Assembly (NCBI RefSeq): GCF_006345805.1
Contig: NC_043020.1
Coordinates: forward strand, 11,222,001-11,286,000
Source: Octopus sinensis
Lineage: Eukaryota
Length of the DNA: 64,000 nt
Reading direction: 5' to 3'
Shown: positions 12,098 through 25,197 of the stretch, in pieces
Layout of the letters: the number at the start of each line of letters is the position of its first letter
How positions within the stretch are numbered: position 1 is the first letter of the stretch
Made by a program: the position numbers and the translations under genes
Notes under the pieces: model-generated
Told to the model about the DNA's origin: nothing
What the model saw: the letters and a program-made list of their open reading frames with translations, nothing else
The model's database searches: none

Positions 12098-12368
12098 TAC
12101 TCTTTACTCTTTTACTTGTTTCAGTCATTTGATTGCGGCCATGCTGGAGCAACACCTTTAAAATCGGGCAACTCGACCCCGGGACTTATTCTTTGTAAGC
12201 CCAGTACTTATTCTATCGGTCTCTTTTGCCGAACCGCTAAGTTACGGGGACATAAACACACCAGCATCGGTTGTCAAGCAATGTTGGGGGGACAAACACA
12301 GACATACAAACATACACGCACACATATACATATATATACATATATACGACGGGCTTCTTTCAGTTTCC
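12098..12368 (-). mobile_element. SINE-A 3' half
   Basis: Matches the SINE-A tail and body. Confidence 0.85.
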
Positions 12369-12801
12369 AATATTCAAATATTTTTTTCAAATATTAAAAA
12401 AAAATTGTTTTTTTAGATTTTAAAAAATATTTTAATTGTCTGCTAAAACTTTTTAGTCGGTTGATATTTATTTTATTTTTACCATTACTTATTTTATATT
12501 TGTCTATTAGGTTTTTTGGTAGTTTTTGAATTTTTAGCCTTTTATATTTAACATTTTTGATAAGCCATTCTATTTGTATTTTATTAAATTATATACTTTT
12601 ATATTTTATGATTTTATGTATATGTATTATCACCATGGTTCAAAAAACACATTTTATGTGTTTGTGAACCATGGTGATTTTTATATATGATTAAATGTTT
12701 GAGGAGTGGTGTTGTATGTAAAGTTGTTGACCCAGATTTAATGTTGTTTAACTAATGCTTCTTTATATATATATATTTATATATCTATCTATCTATTTAT
12801 C

Positions 12802-12840
<39 letters not shown>

Positions 12841-13164
12841 AATAATATATAAATATATGCATATATATATACACATATATGTACATACCTACATATATAT
12901 GTATATATACATGCATATATGGGTACAGGACATAAAAAAAAAACCTTGAACACAATGAGAAACGAAAACAAAAACAAAAACATAGAAATGAACTTTTATG
13001 GGAACAACGGAAAAACAAACAGAGAAACGAGACATGCAACATAAAGAATATTCCCCTTCTTCAGTTGTCCCTGTTTCATCTTCTCCCCATTCCGAAGGCA
13101 AGGATAATACGCAACTTTATTGAAACAATCCTTCCCACAAAGCAAATTAAATAAAATTTGGGGA

Positions 13165-13402
13165 TATATATATTTCTTTACTACCCACAAGGGGCTAAAC
13201 ACAGAGGAGACAAACAAGGACAGACAAAGGGATTAAGTCGATTACATCGACCCCAGTGCGTAACTGGTACTTAAATTATCGACCCCGGAAGGATGAAAGG
13301 CCAAGTCGACCTCGGCGGAATTTGAACTGGGAACGTAACGGCAGACGAAATACGGCAACGCATTTCGCCTGGCGTGCTAACGTTTCTGCCAGCTCGCCGC
13401 CT
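13165..13402 (-). mobile_element. SINE-C monomer
   Basis: Full head and tail; TSD atttggggatatata on both sides. Confidence 0.9.
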
Positions 13403-13431
13403 TATTTGGGGATATATATATGTTACTTGCA

Positions 13432-13587
13432 CAGGTGCAACGGGTCCACATGTCAGATGTTGAAATGATTGCAGAGCATCATGAAATGAAGTGCTTTGCT
13501 CAAGAATACAACGCAACACTTGGTCTGGGAATCGATCCCACCATCTTGCAATCGTGAGTGCAATGCCCTAACCACTAACCAGGCGCT
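13432..13587 (-). mobile_element. SINE-E-like 5' fragment
   Basis: tRNA-like head ...ccctaaccact plus ttgagcaaagcacttcatttc CORE-like segment. Confidence 0.6.
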
Positions 13588-13589
13588 TT

Positions 13590-13646
13590 CATATACATGC
13601 ATACATACATAATACATACATATATATATATATATATATATGCATA

Positions 13647-13711
<65 letters not shown>

Positions 13712-13712
13712 G

Positions 13713-13772
<60 letters not shown>

Positions 13773-13938
13773 CACACATACATTATTAAAAACTTGAGAA
13801 ACATCCCTTACAGCTGTTGCAATTCTAGGCCTTAAGAAAATTAAGTAATTAGATTAAATTAATTAAGAAAATTCAGAAAATGTATATACATACATACATA
13901 CATACATACATACATACATACATACATACATACATACA

Positions 13939-13972
<34 letters not shown>

Positions 13973-13995
13973 CATACATACATACATACATACAT
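13590..13995. repeat. (TA)n and (CATA)n microsatellites
   Basis: Direct inspection; short unique spacer at about 13790-13880. Confidence 0.9.
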
Positions 13996-13996
13996 A

Positions 13997-14460
13997 GGAA
14001 AATGTGCTGTTGAAAATGCACTTAAATTTCAATAGCTCGTAAATTTTTAAAATGCATTTATTTACATATATACCAAACCAGTTTCAACAATATTTTTTGT
14101 TTATCAATGGTAAAAGTGTAAAATTAGAAAAACATCGTTATAAGTTTCAATGTTGACACGTCAAAATATTCCGATGTTGACAAACTGAAAAGTTTCAATG
14201 TTGTTAAATTGAAATGTTTCAATTTTGATAAATTATCATGTTCAAAACAGAAGGTGTAAGTATGAAATTAAAACTGTATATTAATTTGTTAGAATGTACA
14301 AGGTTCATTAATTTCAGTGGTGGTCAACAAGTCATACTGAAAAAAACAAGTGTGAGAATTAAAATAATAAAAAAAAGAGGAAATTATAGTTTCTCAGATC
14401 TTTAAAGAGTCAGTTTTTTTTTCTAATTTTACACTTTTACCGTTCAACAACACGTTTTCC
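13997..14460. mobile_element. TIR-bounded MITE
   Basis: ggaaaatgtgctgttgaa ... ttcaacaacacgttttcc, flanked by TA on both sides. Confidence 0.7.
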
Positions 14461-14540
14461 TATATTTTTTTCCTGCGTGGAAACACCACTCCCTCTTTTG
14501 CTATAGGAAGGGCCAATACTTATTTTGATTATCATATTAA

Positions 14541-14761
14541 CCCTTTAGTGTTCAGATTACTCTGTTAAATCTAATACTTTCCCACTCAAATTGTTTTGAA
14601 TTAATCAAGCATTATGTTTATAGCTTTGAGGTTTCAATGATGTGGTTGTTTATTTTTAGAATGTCAATGTAGGTTAGGTGTGAGAGGCTGGATATGGCCA
14701 GTTTGAATATAAAACATGTGGAATATCTGGGCCGGATATGGCCAGTTTAAACACTAAAGGG
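14541..14761. mobile_element. piggyBac-type MITE
   Basis: TTAA|ccctttagtgtt ... aacactaaaggg; TTAA preserved on the left only. Confidence 0.7.
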
Positions 14762-15178
14762 GAAGATAATGAAAAACCAAATGGATAAGTAATATAAATT
14801 TAGGGGTGGAATTTATACTCAGAGAATGGAGGCAGTATATTATAACTTAGCAAATTTGTAATGATAAAGCAAGAAAATTTTAATCAATATATAGAAGGTT
14901 AGAAATTAAATCTAATACTTTAATATATAAGAAAAAATATATTAAGGTTTTTCATAAACATAGTGGTGGTGCCCCAGCATGGCAGCAGCCTTCGGGCTAA
15001 AACACTTTTAAGGATTTTAAGGATAGTGTATAGAAGATCGTGGTAAAAATATTCTATAGTGAATGTATAACGAAATTAAATCATCATATAAATAGAAACT
15101 TATAGTATACGTTAAACTAATATAATAGTTATTTGCTTCATTACGGGTGGATAAATATAAAATATCATAAGAAATGGT

Positions 15179-15629
15179 GAATCTTTTCGGTTTGAACGGC
15201 AGTTTTTTCTAGCGGTGACATATGAAATTGTCACCCATAATTATGACCCTAGTATCGAGCTATTGCATTTCAATCTGTTTTAGGGTTAGGGTTAGAGTTA
15301 GGGTTAGTTAGGGTTAGGGTTAGGATTAGGGGTGGGGGGAAGGGTATCTTTTTTCTTCACAAATGTAAATAAACCCAATCTGTTTCTTAAACGAGGGACA
15401 TATTCATACGGCACAGAATGTTTTCACCTCATTAGACGTCACTGATTGGTTGAAATTGCAGAAATTGAAGAAAAAAAAGAACAAATATCTTACAGACTAT
15501 AGAATTTTCTCAATAAAGCCAAGAGAAAAAAGATGTTTTATAAACACATTCTACCAGTATACGAAGTTTAAAAGTGTTTAGTTACATGGAAATTATTTTT
15601 TAAAACTGCCGTTCAAACTGAAAGGATCT
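15179..15629. mobile_element. GGATC-TIR MITE (Merlin-like) with internal TTAGGG tract
   Basis: TIR atcttttcggtttgaacggcagtttt; TTAGGG-like run about 15280-15331; flanked by an 84-bp direct repeat. Confidence 0.9.
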
Positions 15630-16061
15630 GAAACATATAGTATACGTTAAACTAATATAATAATTATTTGCTTCATTACGGGTGGATAAATATAAGATAC
15701 CATAAGAAATGGTACCCAATATATGGAGTAATTAAATTAGAGATATTTCAAATGTGTAAGGGAGTATGCTCAGATACAATATTTAAACAAATTTGGGCAT
15801 ATAAACACTCAATAAATACACTGCATGATTAAAAAATATAAAATAAGAATTCATACATACAGTGAATTATATAAAAACTTTATAAATTGTCAAAAACAAT
15901 TTCTATAAATCATAAGTACTATGAAAGTATATAAAAGGATATATAAGCTTATCAAATATAAAATATAAAAGTTTATAAAATATAATGTGTAATTACAAAT
16001 ATAAAAATATATTACATTATACAGTGAGTTATTTGAAAGGAAATTATAAACTGTCAAACTA

Positions 16062-17310
16062 TCGGGTCATCCCATAAGTTCTGTCCGATTTTCCCTTTTT
16101 TTAAATTGAATGAAATTTAAGAGTATTTTAGAATGTCGAATGGAATTACAAATTATTTTTATGCATTTGTGTAAATTTAAACCAATTAAATATTATTTTA
16201 CAGAATAATAGAATTAAAATTTCTTTGATTAAAATCCCTTCTAACATGGAAGCATCCAAAGAGCATTTGAGACACATAATGCTTTATGAGTACAAAAAAG
16301 GAAACTCTGCAGCTGAAGTGACTCGAAATATACACTCAGTTTACGGGAAAGAATGCTTGAATGAAAGAACTTGCTGAAGATGGTTTGCAAAATTCAGAAG
16401 TGGAGATTTCAGCCTTGAAAATGAAGATCGAACAGGACGTCCAGTTGAGTTTGGTAAGCTCTTCGAGGCATTACTTGAAGAAAATCCTGCATTATCAGTT
16501 GAAGAATTGGCAATAAAGGTTAGTTCAAACCATACATCATCATCTTCAACAACTTGGAAAGGTTACCAAACTTGGGAAATAGGTGCCTCATGAATTGTCT
16601 GAAAGCAACCGCATCTGCTCTTCTCTCCATTCTCGTGAACTCATTTCACCCTTTTTGGATAGGCGTGTGACTGGTGACGGAAAATGGATCTTCAATCGAA
16701 ATGTTAAACGTCGTAAACAGTGACTTGGTAAAAAGGAAAAAGCTCAACCACAACCGAGAATGGAACCTCATGGGAAAAATGTTCTTCTCTCTATCTGGTG
16801 GGATTGCAAAGGAGTAAATCACTTTGAATTGTTACCACCTAATGCAACAATCAATGCTCAAGTCTACTGTCAGCAATTAGAGTGTTTGAACCAAGCTTTG
16901 AAGAAAAAAAGACCCACTTTAGTGAATTGAAAAGGAGTGATGTTTCATCAGGACAATGCACGGCTCCCACACTGCAAAGATCACATCACAGACGATCGAA
17001 GAGCTTGGTTGGGAAAAAATTCCTCATCCACCTTATTCTCCCGACTTTGCTCCTTCAGACTATCATTTGCTTCATAGTTTACAGAATCAGTTTTGCACGC
17101 CAGGTGTAGGTCAAAACTGACATTTAAGAGTTCTTTGCTTTGAAACCAAAATAGGTTTACATTGATAGGATTAAAAAGCTTGAAAATAGATGGAAGGAAG
17201 TCATAGATAATCAGGAAAAGTACATTGATGATTAAATTCCAATTAAATATAACATTTGATCACTTGTTTTCTTTATTCAAAATTCGAACAGAACTTATGG
17301 GATGACCTGA
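16062..17310 (+). mobile_element. Full-length defective mariner (DD34D) element
   Basis: TIRs tcgggtcatcccataagttctgt / acagaacttatgggatgacctga, TA TSD; disrupted ORF 16246-17235 with MEASKEHLRHIMLYEYKKG, VTGDGKW, HQDNA, HPPYSPDFAPSDYHL; several stops and frameshifts. Confidence 0.95.
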
Positions 17311-17377
17311 TATTTATAAGCTATAAAAGCTATACAAATGTATAAGAGGGCATATAAATGCGTAAAAATTTAATGAT

Positions 17378-17539
17378 AGGTGCAGGAGTGGCTGTGTGTT
17401 AAGTAGCTTGCTTACCAACCACATGGTTCCGGGTTCAGTGGCACCTTGGGCAAATGTCTTCTACTATAGCCTCTGGCCGACCAAGGCCTTGTGAGTGGAT
17501 TTGGTAGACAGAAACTGAAAGAAGCCTGTCGTATATACG

Positions 17540-17580
<41 letters not shown>

Positions 17581-17790
17581 TTGTGTGTCTGTGTCTGTCC
17601 CCCTAGCATTGCTTGACAACCGATGCTGGTGTGTTTACGTCACCGTCACTTAGTGGTTCAGCAAAAGGGACCGATAAAATATGTACTGGGCTTACAAAGA
17701 ATAAGTCCCGGGGTCGATTTCCTCGACTAAAGGCGGTGCTCCAGCATGGCCGCAGTCAAATGACTGAAACAAGTAAAAGAGTAAAGAGTA
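17378..17790 (+). mobile_element. SINE-A
   Basis: Head, CORE-like segment, internal microsatellite and tail as in 10757-11172. Confidence 0.9.
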
Positions 17791-18787
17791 GTTGTTGAAT
17801 AATATTCTCAAGGCCACAATTCACTCACATGCAGCATCTTTCAGAGCTTGTTGCTAATTCAGTTCTTAACAAAATTGAAAACTGCTAACATTTTTGAAGA
17901 GGACTGGTAACAAGCTACATTTTGGCATAAGAAAGTTGAGATTTGATCCAGTAGAAAAAAATTTACATCAAAATTTGTAGCAACGTTATAGGAGAGTAAG
18001 TAACATCACCAATCAAGTTTAGATCTGAATAACTTTTTTTTATTTTAAAAGCAAAATATATTTATCTGAGCTTCAATGATAGAAGAAAGCTAAAAGAATT
18101 TCATAGTTTTGGTCCCATGCAACAAAAATTTGTATAAAAAAAGTTGTGAGGTAAAATATCATGAAAAAAATATAAGTAAGCAAAAAATTGGATTTAAGTA
18201 TAATTAACATATTTATTTTAAAAACAAACTATATTTTAATTAAGCTTAAATGACAGAGCTCAATTCAAGGAATTTCATGGTATCAATCTCATGCAATGAA
18301 GTCTTAAAAGAAAAAGATTTTGAGTGTTTGTTTCTCAAATTTGCGGGTGATAATATAGTTCTATACTTTTTTATGAATATAGTTCTATAAGGGGACTTTT
18401 AATATATGTCACCAGTATCATTGAGGTAAGAAAAAAATTACCACCGCTAATTGACATATTTGACACGTTATTAATTAGCATAATAGCATGGCCTGGAAAA
18501 AAATTGAATTACATGGAAAAATGTGAGCAAGGGAAATAATATTCTTAAGATTATAAACTTGGAAAATTACAGGACAAATTATTACACTTGGAAAAGTTCA
18601 GGACAACTTATTACAACTGGTAAAGTACAGAACAAGAAAATCTGGGAACTTTAAGATTGTAATATTAAATTCAGCCTAAAGTGGGATATAGTGCACAGAG
18701 CTCAACCGTGCACAAATAGTCAGTATAGATGTGAACTATGTTGTATGGAGGCATGTGAAATATTCAAATATGGTGATAACAAAACCT

Positions 18788-19072
18788 CATCATCATCATC
18801 ATCGTTTAACGTCCATTTTCCATGCTAGCATGGGTTGGACGGTTCAACTGGGGTCTGGGAAGCCAGAAGGCTGCGCCAGGCCCAGTCTGATCTGGCAGTG
18901 TTTCTACAGCTTGATGCCCTTCCTAATGCCAACCACTCCGTGAGTGTAGTTGGTGCTTTTTACGTGCCACCAGACAAGGCTGGCAAACGGCCACGATCGG
19001 ATGGTGCCTTTTATGTGCCACCGGCACGGGGGCCAGATGAGGCTGGCAACGGCCACAATCGGATGGTGCTTA
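18788..19072 (-). mobile_element. Retroposon D
   Basis: (CAT)n tail plus shared core. Confidence 0.85.
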
Positions 19073-19651
19073 TAATAAATTAGATCTCAGAGTGTCATGC
19101 GTTCATAGGAATACCTGTACCTTCAAATATTTTATAAGAAGGTAATAATAAATATATCATGCTGTACTTTGGTAGAACAAGTTATTTGGGGTGCCATATC
19201 ATTCATAGCCTATCCTCTGTTATCTCAAAACCTATTCAATAAGGCTTTTTTTAGTAACCCTTACTCCTTTTGATCTATAAACTTTCAATAATTACAATAT
19301 GTATTTACCCCTTCACTATTGGCAATATCTTCCATGATAGTTACTATAACATATAAATTTCATAATGGATTACTAAATTTTGCACCTCCCCTAAGTATAA
19401 AACATATCCTCTAAGATCTGTTACTATTTTACCTTGATCACTGCCTTTGATGTATTTTAGAAATATTTTATAAACCCATTTCCAAAAGTAATTTTATTTC
19501 CTTAATATTTGACGCATTTAATTTATTTTATGTCGCATTAATAATAATAATATGTCTAAGAATTCTGTTCAATATACCTATATCATTATAAAATAATCCT
19601 TATTTTATTTTATCCTATATCCTTATTCATATCTCTTTTATACCTTTTATA

Positions 19652-20042
19652 TCTCTCTAAGCTGAAGTTGTCTGTGTATGGCAGGTTTGGTAGCCTTCAA
19701 CTAACACTATCTCCTCCGAGACCCTGCGGCGCAAGTTGACCAAAATTGAGAATATGACAGAAGAAGGCTTGCTCTTCATTCTGTAGAAGATAAAATTCAA
19801 ATCGGACCATGTTAACACCAAAAATTATTTACACCAAAAAGGTGCTTTTTTTCTATGAAAATTCCTATTTTTTACGATTTTATGACTGCTGTGTCGCCAT
19901 TTTTCGGTGTATTTCAACCAGAAAAATGTTCACTTAAAGAGAATAACAAGTTACATAATGCCAAATATTTACTTTTCAAAAATTCCAATTCTAAAGGGTC
20001 GAAAAGAAAACAAGCCCGAGCAACGCCGGGCAATACTGCTAG
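19652..20042 (+). mobile_element. Non-autonomous Helitron-type element, family H1
   Basis: 5' tc...aagctgaagttgtc; 3' hairpin gcccgagcaacgccgggc followed by aatactgCTAG|t; second copy at 39613-40008. Confidence 0.8.
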
Positions 20043-20491
20043 TCATTCTTTAAAAGATATTTTATAAATTTTTATATTTCATATCATTAAATTTTTATGC
20101 ATTTATATACCCTCTTATCCATTTGCATAGCTTTTATAGCTTATAAATAGTTTGGCAGTTTATAATTTCTTTTCATATAACTCACTGTATAATGTAATAT
20201 TATATTTTTATATTTGTAATTACACAATATATTTTATAAATTTGATATTTGATATTTTATAGTTTTAGTACCACAGATACCATTTTCCTAGTGAGGCAGC
20301 TGCAGGAAAAGTACTTAGTCAAAAGTAGGGTATTGTACTTAACCCTTCGTCAACTTGGAGAAAGCTTTCGACAAAGTTCCCTGCTCTGTTATATGATGGT
20401 CTCTAAGAAAGTTAGGAGTAGAGGAGTGGCTTGTTAGAGCTGCACAAACCGTGTACAGTGGTGTTGGCATTAAGATAAAAGTCAGACCCGA

Positions 20492-20708
20492 ATCATCATC
20501 ATCATCATCATCTTCGTTTAATGTCCGTTTTCCATACTAGCACGGATTGGATGGTTCGACCGGGGTCTGGGAAGCCAGGGGGCTGCACCAGGCTCCAGTC
20601 TGATCTGGCAGTGTTTCTACAGCTGGATGCCCTTCCTTACGCCAACCACTCCATGAGTGTAGTGGGTGCTTTTTACGTGCCACCGGCACAGGTACCAGGG
20701 GAGGCTGA
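20492..20708 (-). mobile_element. Retroposon D inserted in RTE RT
   Basis: (CAT)n tail and core; interrupts RT homology. Confidence 0.85.
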
Positions 20709-21453
20709 GCGTACAAGTAGGGGGTCCACCAGGGCTCAGTTCTCAGTTCGCTCTTATTCGTTATAGTCCTCCAGACCATAACAGAGGAATTCAAAACTGG
20801 ATGCCCATGGGAACTGCTATATACTGATGACCTTGCTCTTATTGCAGAATCTTTAGAAGAATTGGAGAAGAAATTCCAGGTATGGAAAGAAAATCTGGAA
20901 TCAAAGGACCTTAATGTTAACTAAGCAAAGACCAAAGTTGTTGTTAGTAAGAAAGAAGATAAAACTCTGTTTCTGTCAGGTAAATGGCCCTGCTCAATTC
21001 CATTCGCTGCATCCAGTGTAAACTATGGATGCATGACAGGTGCAGTGGAATCAAAGGTAAATTAACAGCTAAATTCATCATTGAATGTGGCAGATGTGCA
21101 GGAACAATAGGCACTAACAGCATACAGGACTTAGATTCTGTCAAATGCCCAGGAGGCTCTCTTGAGGTTGTAGGTAGTTTCTGTTACCCAGGTGACCAAA
21201 TTAGCACAGGTGGAGAATGCTCTGAAATTATCGTTTCTAGAATAAGAATAGGGTGGAGGAAGCTCAGAGAGCTATTACCTCTGTTGGCAACAAAAGGACC
21301 GTCTCTCAGAGTGAAAGGTAGACTATATGATGCTTGTGTGCAAATGGCTATACTCCATGGTAGTGAGACATGGGCTCTGAATGCAGAAGACATGCATAGA
21401 CTGGGGAGAAATGAAAGTGGTATGTTCTGGGGAGAAATGAAAATGGTATGTTC

Positions 21454-21684
21454 AGGTGGCGAGCTGGCAGAAACGTTAGCACGCCGGGCGAAATGCGTAG
21501 CCGTATTTCGTCTGCGTTACGTTGTGAGTTCAAATTCCGCCGAGGTCGACTTTGCCTTTCATCCTTTCGGGGTCGATAAATTAAGTACCAGTTACGCACT
21601 GGGGTCGATCTAATCAACTTAATACCTATGTCTGTCCTTGTTTGTCCCCTCTGTGTTTAGCCCCTTGTGGGCAGTAAAGAAATA
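21454..21684 (+). mobile_element. SINE-C monomer
   Basis: TSD ggtatgttc at 21445-21453 and 21685-21693. Confidence 0.9.
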
Positions 21685-21824
21685 GGTATGTTCTGTTGGT
21701 TGTGCAACATGAGTGCACATGTATGACAAACTGCAAATGTATTGCAAGAAAAGTTGTGTTTAAGAGGAATCAAATGATATGCTTGAGAAGACCTGTTGAG
21801 TCAAGTAAAACCAAAATTCAAAAT

Positions 21825-22398
21825 CCAATTTTGAAATCCTCTGTTATGGTCTGGAGGACTATAATGAATAAGAGTGAGCTGAGAACTGAGCCCTGGTGAA
21901 CCCCTACTTGTACGCTAAATTCATTGCTGCATTTGTGGAAGACTCCCCCCCTTACTGACAGCACCACTATACATGGCTCTAACAAGCCACTCCTCTACTC
22001 CTAACTTCCTTAGAGACCATCATATAACAGAGCAAGAAAATCTGTCAAAAGCTTTCTCAAGGCTGATGAAGGGTAAGTACAATGGCTTGCTTTTAGCCAA
22101 GTACTTTTCCTGCAGCTGTCTCACTAGGAAGATGGCATCTGTGGTACTCTTCCCAGGTACAAAAGCAAACTGGATTTCATCCAGTTTAATTCTATTTCTA
22201 ATCAATTGAGCTGTAACCGTCTCAGTAATTTTCATGATTTGGTCTAGCAGTTTAATACCTCTGTAGTTGTTTCTATCGAAGGCATCACCTTTACCCTTGT
22301 AACAGCTAAGTATCGTACTACTGCACCAGTCATTGGGGATGTCTGATGGCCCAGAGGCTTTCCTTGTCTTCATATCCTTAATTGCCTTATTTGTTATG

Positions 22399-22400
<2 letters not shown>
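21825..22400 (-). pseudogene. Second RTE RT fragment, opposite orientation
   Basis: YKGKGDAFDRNNYRGIKLLDQIMKI...QFAFVPGKSTTDAIFLVRQLQEKY...LEKAFD (ORF 22020-22448). Confidence 0.9.
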
Positions 22401-22464
<64 letters not shown>

Positions 22465-22476
22465 CTATATATATGT

Positions 22477-22885
22477 AGGCGTAGGAGTGGCTGTGTGGTA
22501 AGTAGCTTGCTTACGAACCAGATGTGGGTTCAGTCCCACTGCGTGGCATCTTGGGCAAGTGTCTTCTACTATAGCCTCGGGCTGACCAAAGCCTTGTGAG
22601 TGGATTTGGTAGACAGAAACTGAAAGAAGCTCGTTGTATATATATGTGTATATATATATATGTATGCATGTGTATATGTTTGTGTGTCTGTGTTTGTCCC
22701 CCCAACATCACTTCATAACCGATGCTGGTGTGTTTACATCCCTGTAACTTAGCGGTTCGGCAAAAGAGACCGATAGAATAAGTACTGGGCTTACAAAGAA
22801 TAAGTCCCGGGGTCGATTTGCTCGACTAAAGGCGATGCTCCAGCATAGCCACAGTCAAATGACTGAAACAAGTAAAAGAGTAAAC
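22477..22885 (+). mobile_element. SINE-A
   Basis: Full family structure. Confidence 0.9.
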
Positions 22886-23661
22886 GAGAGATGTGTGTGT
22901 GTGTGTGTGCACATGTAGGTGCGCACAGACACAGACACACACATGCATGCGTGCATACACACACACACACACACATACACATACACATATACTTTGTCAT
23001 CTTTAGGACAATGTATATTCTCACATTTTTTTTGACTAAATTGTAAAAATCAAGTATATATAAAAACACAGACAGAAAAATAATTTATGTTCACGAATTA
23101 TACAGAAATGAATTGTTGTGAATATTTATGAAATAAAATATATCCTGTTCAACAATGTAGAAAAAAAAAAATATTTCTATAAAATTTGACTTTTTGACAA
23201 TGAAGTTACTGAAGTTATTGTGTGATATGAATCAGCTGTGACACATTTTTTTTTTCTAAATAGCAAATTTTTCTACACCAAAGAAGTATGTATACAAAGA
23301 AATACAATTATATATGCATTCATACATACATACACGTGTGTGTGTGTGTGTATATATGTTTATATATATATGTATGTATATATGTATATATATATATATA
23401 TTTATGTATATATACATATATATATAATATATGCATATGTATATATATACATATACATATATATATAGTATATGTATATGTATATTTAAATTTAAATTTA
23501 AAATAATAAGGGTGAAAATTTTCTTAAGAACAATCCTTTCTTAGTAGTAAGACCGTGGGGGTTCTACTTCCAGCGTAATGGATGTCCACTTAGTGGTCAT
23601 CCCCCTTATATGTTTGTACATATGAGTATATATATATATATATGCACAATCACATATATAT

Positions 23662-23714
<53 letters not shown>

Positions 23715-24046
23715 CACATATATATGTATGTATATATGTATTATATTAAATCAACTGTTAAGAGTTTCGTAGGTGATTGTGTCTCTTCGTCTTCTGCAAT
23801 ACCGACCAATCGTGATTACTTGCACTATATTGTTCCAGTGTACCTGTTTTCTTCCGATGACAGAGGAGAGAAACCAATGTTTTCCGCGAGAAGGTATAGC
23901 AAGGATTGAATTTATTGCAAACCATAATATGTTTCCACTGGTTCTTGACCAAAGCCACACAAAGTCAATCCACTTGTAAATGAAGGAAGATTTCTTTGCA
24001 CGTTTGCGTTGTCTGTGGGAGAGAACAAGGAACTTTTCTTTAAAAC

Positions 24047-24124
24047 ATGTATTTCACATTACATTTGTTAAACATGTATTTCACATTACATTTGTTAAAC
24101 ATGTATTTCACATTACATTTGTTA
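24047..24124. repeat. 26-bp tandem repeat, 3 copies
   Basis: aaacatgtatttcacattacatttgt(t) repeated three times. Confidence 0.9.
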
Positions 24125-24369
24125 AGTAATTAATAATGTTGTTAGTTACAGCTTTGCAAACGGATTGATCACCGGTTCACTATGTTTCTGATGACCAGAG
24201 TCACAGGGGGCTATCTATAACTCAGTGGTGGACACAGTGGACTTTACTTAAAAAAACAATGTTATTTACATCTTTTGGCTAATATACATCAGTGAAATAT
24301 ATGCATAAATAAATACACACACAATATCACATACATAGAAATTCATGCTTCTACATGTATGTATGTGAA

Positions 24370-24423
<54 letters not shown>

Positions 24424-24756
24424 AATGAGGGTGAAAAATTGATATTAATTTAATAATACCATTAATTTAACACCAAGTGGCTTAGCACAAAAAAACTAGG
24501 GAGAAAATACAAATTTATACATAAAATATTAGAGACTTACCACTATGTGGATAGCTCTAGTGCTAAAAATAGCTCCGATAGTATAGCCACAGAGAAGATG
24601 TTTCCAATTAGAAATAACATTACATTTAACGGAAGGAAAGTAATTATAATATATATATATATATATATATTATTATATATATATATATATATATATTTAT
24701 ATACGTTTATTGTTTTGCAGGACTTTTGATGTGAAATTGTATGTTGAAACAGATAT

Positions 24757-25148
24757 GTTGTATTTCGGAATGGTCATTTTGCCAGTTTAGCCAATAAAAA
24801 CACATGCACTATATATTTGGTGTTACTTTGCTTCAGCGTTATTTACTTTTTACATTAATCTTAATCTTATTTCGGCCAGAGTTCTTTCGTCACACTCCTG
24901 TGACCGCATCAGTGGTCCTTTGCTTTCTTCTTTCTTATTTGTGTGTCTCTCCTTACTGATGAGGTCAGCCAAAGAAGAAAGCAAAGGACCACTAATGCGG
25001 TCACAGGAGTGTGATGAAAGAACTCTGGCCAAAATAAGATTAAGATTAATGTAAAAAATAAATAACGCTGAAGCAAAGTAACACCAAATATATTGTGCAT
25101 GTGTTTTTATTGGCTAAACTGGGCAAAATGACCATTCCTAAATACAAC
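24757..25148. repeat. Fold-back inverted repeat, ~175-bp arms and ~37-bp spacer
   Basis: 24757-24933 is the reverse complement of 24971-25148 with few mismatches; lies between (TA)n tracts. Confidence 0.9.
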
Positions 25149-25166
25149 AATATATATATAATATAT

Positions 25167-25197
<31 letters not shown>

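Larger units (their letters stand above)
20270..21800 (+). pseudogene. RTE-clade LINE reverse transcriptase remnant with PHD-like finger, split by retroposon D and SINE-C
   Basis: TTDTIFLVRQLQEKY, LEKAFDKV, GVHQGSVLSSLLF, LLYTDDL, KTKV, CIQCKLWMHDRC..CGRC, FCYPGD, LHGSETWAL. Confidence 0.9.

Noticed and set aside
23751-24040. Open frames in unique-looking stretches here and at 30198-30497, 35693-36107, 47560-47810, 54900-55120 and 59630-60030 as host exons
   Set aside because: No recognisable domain and no convincing splice-site pairs; cannot be excluded without RNA-seq or BLAST
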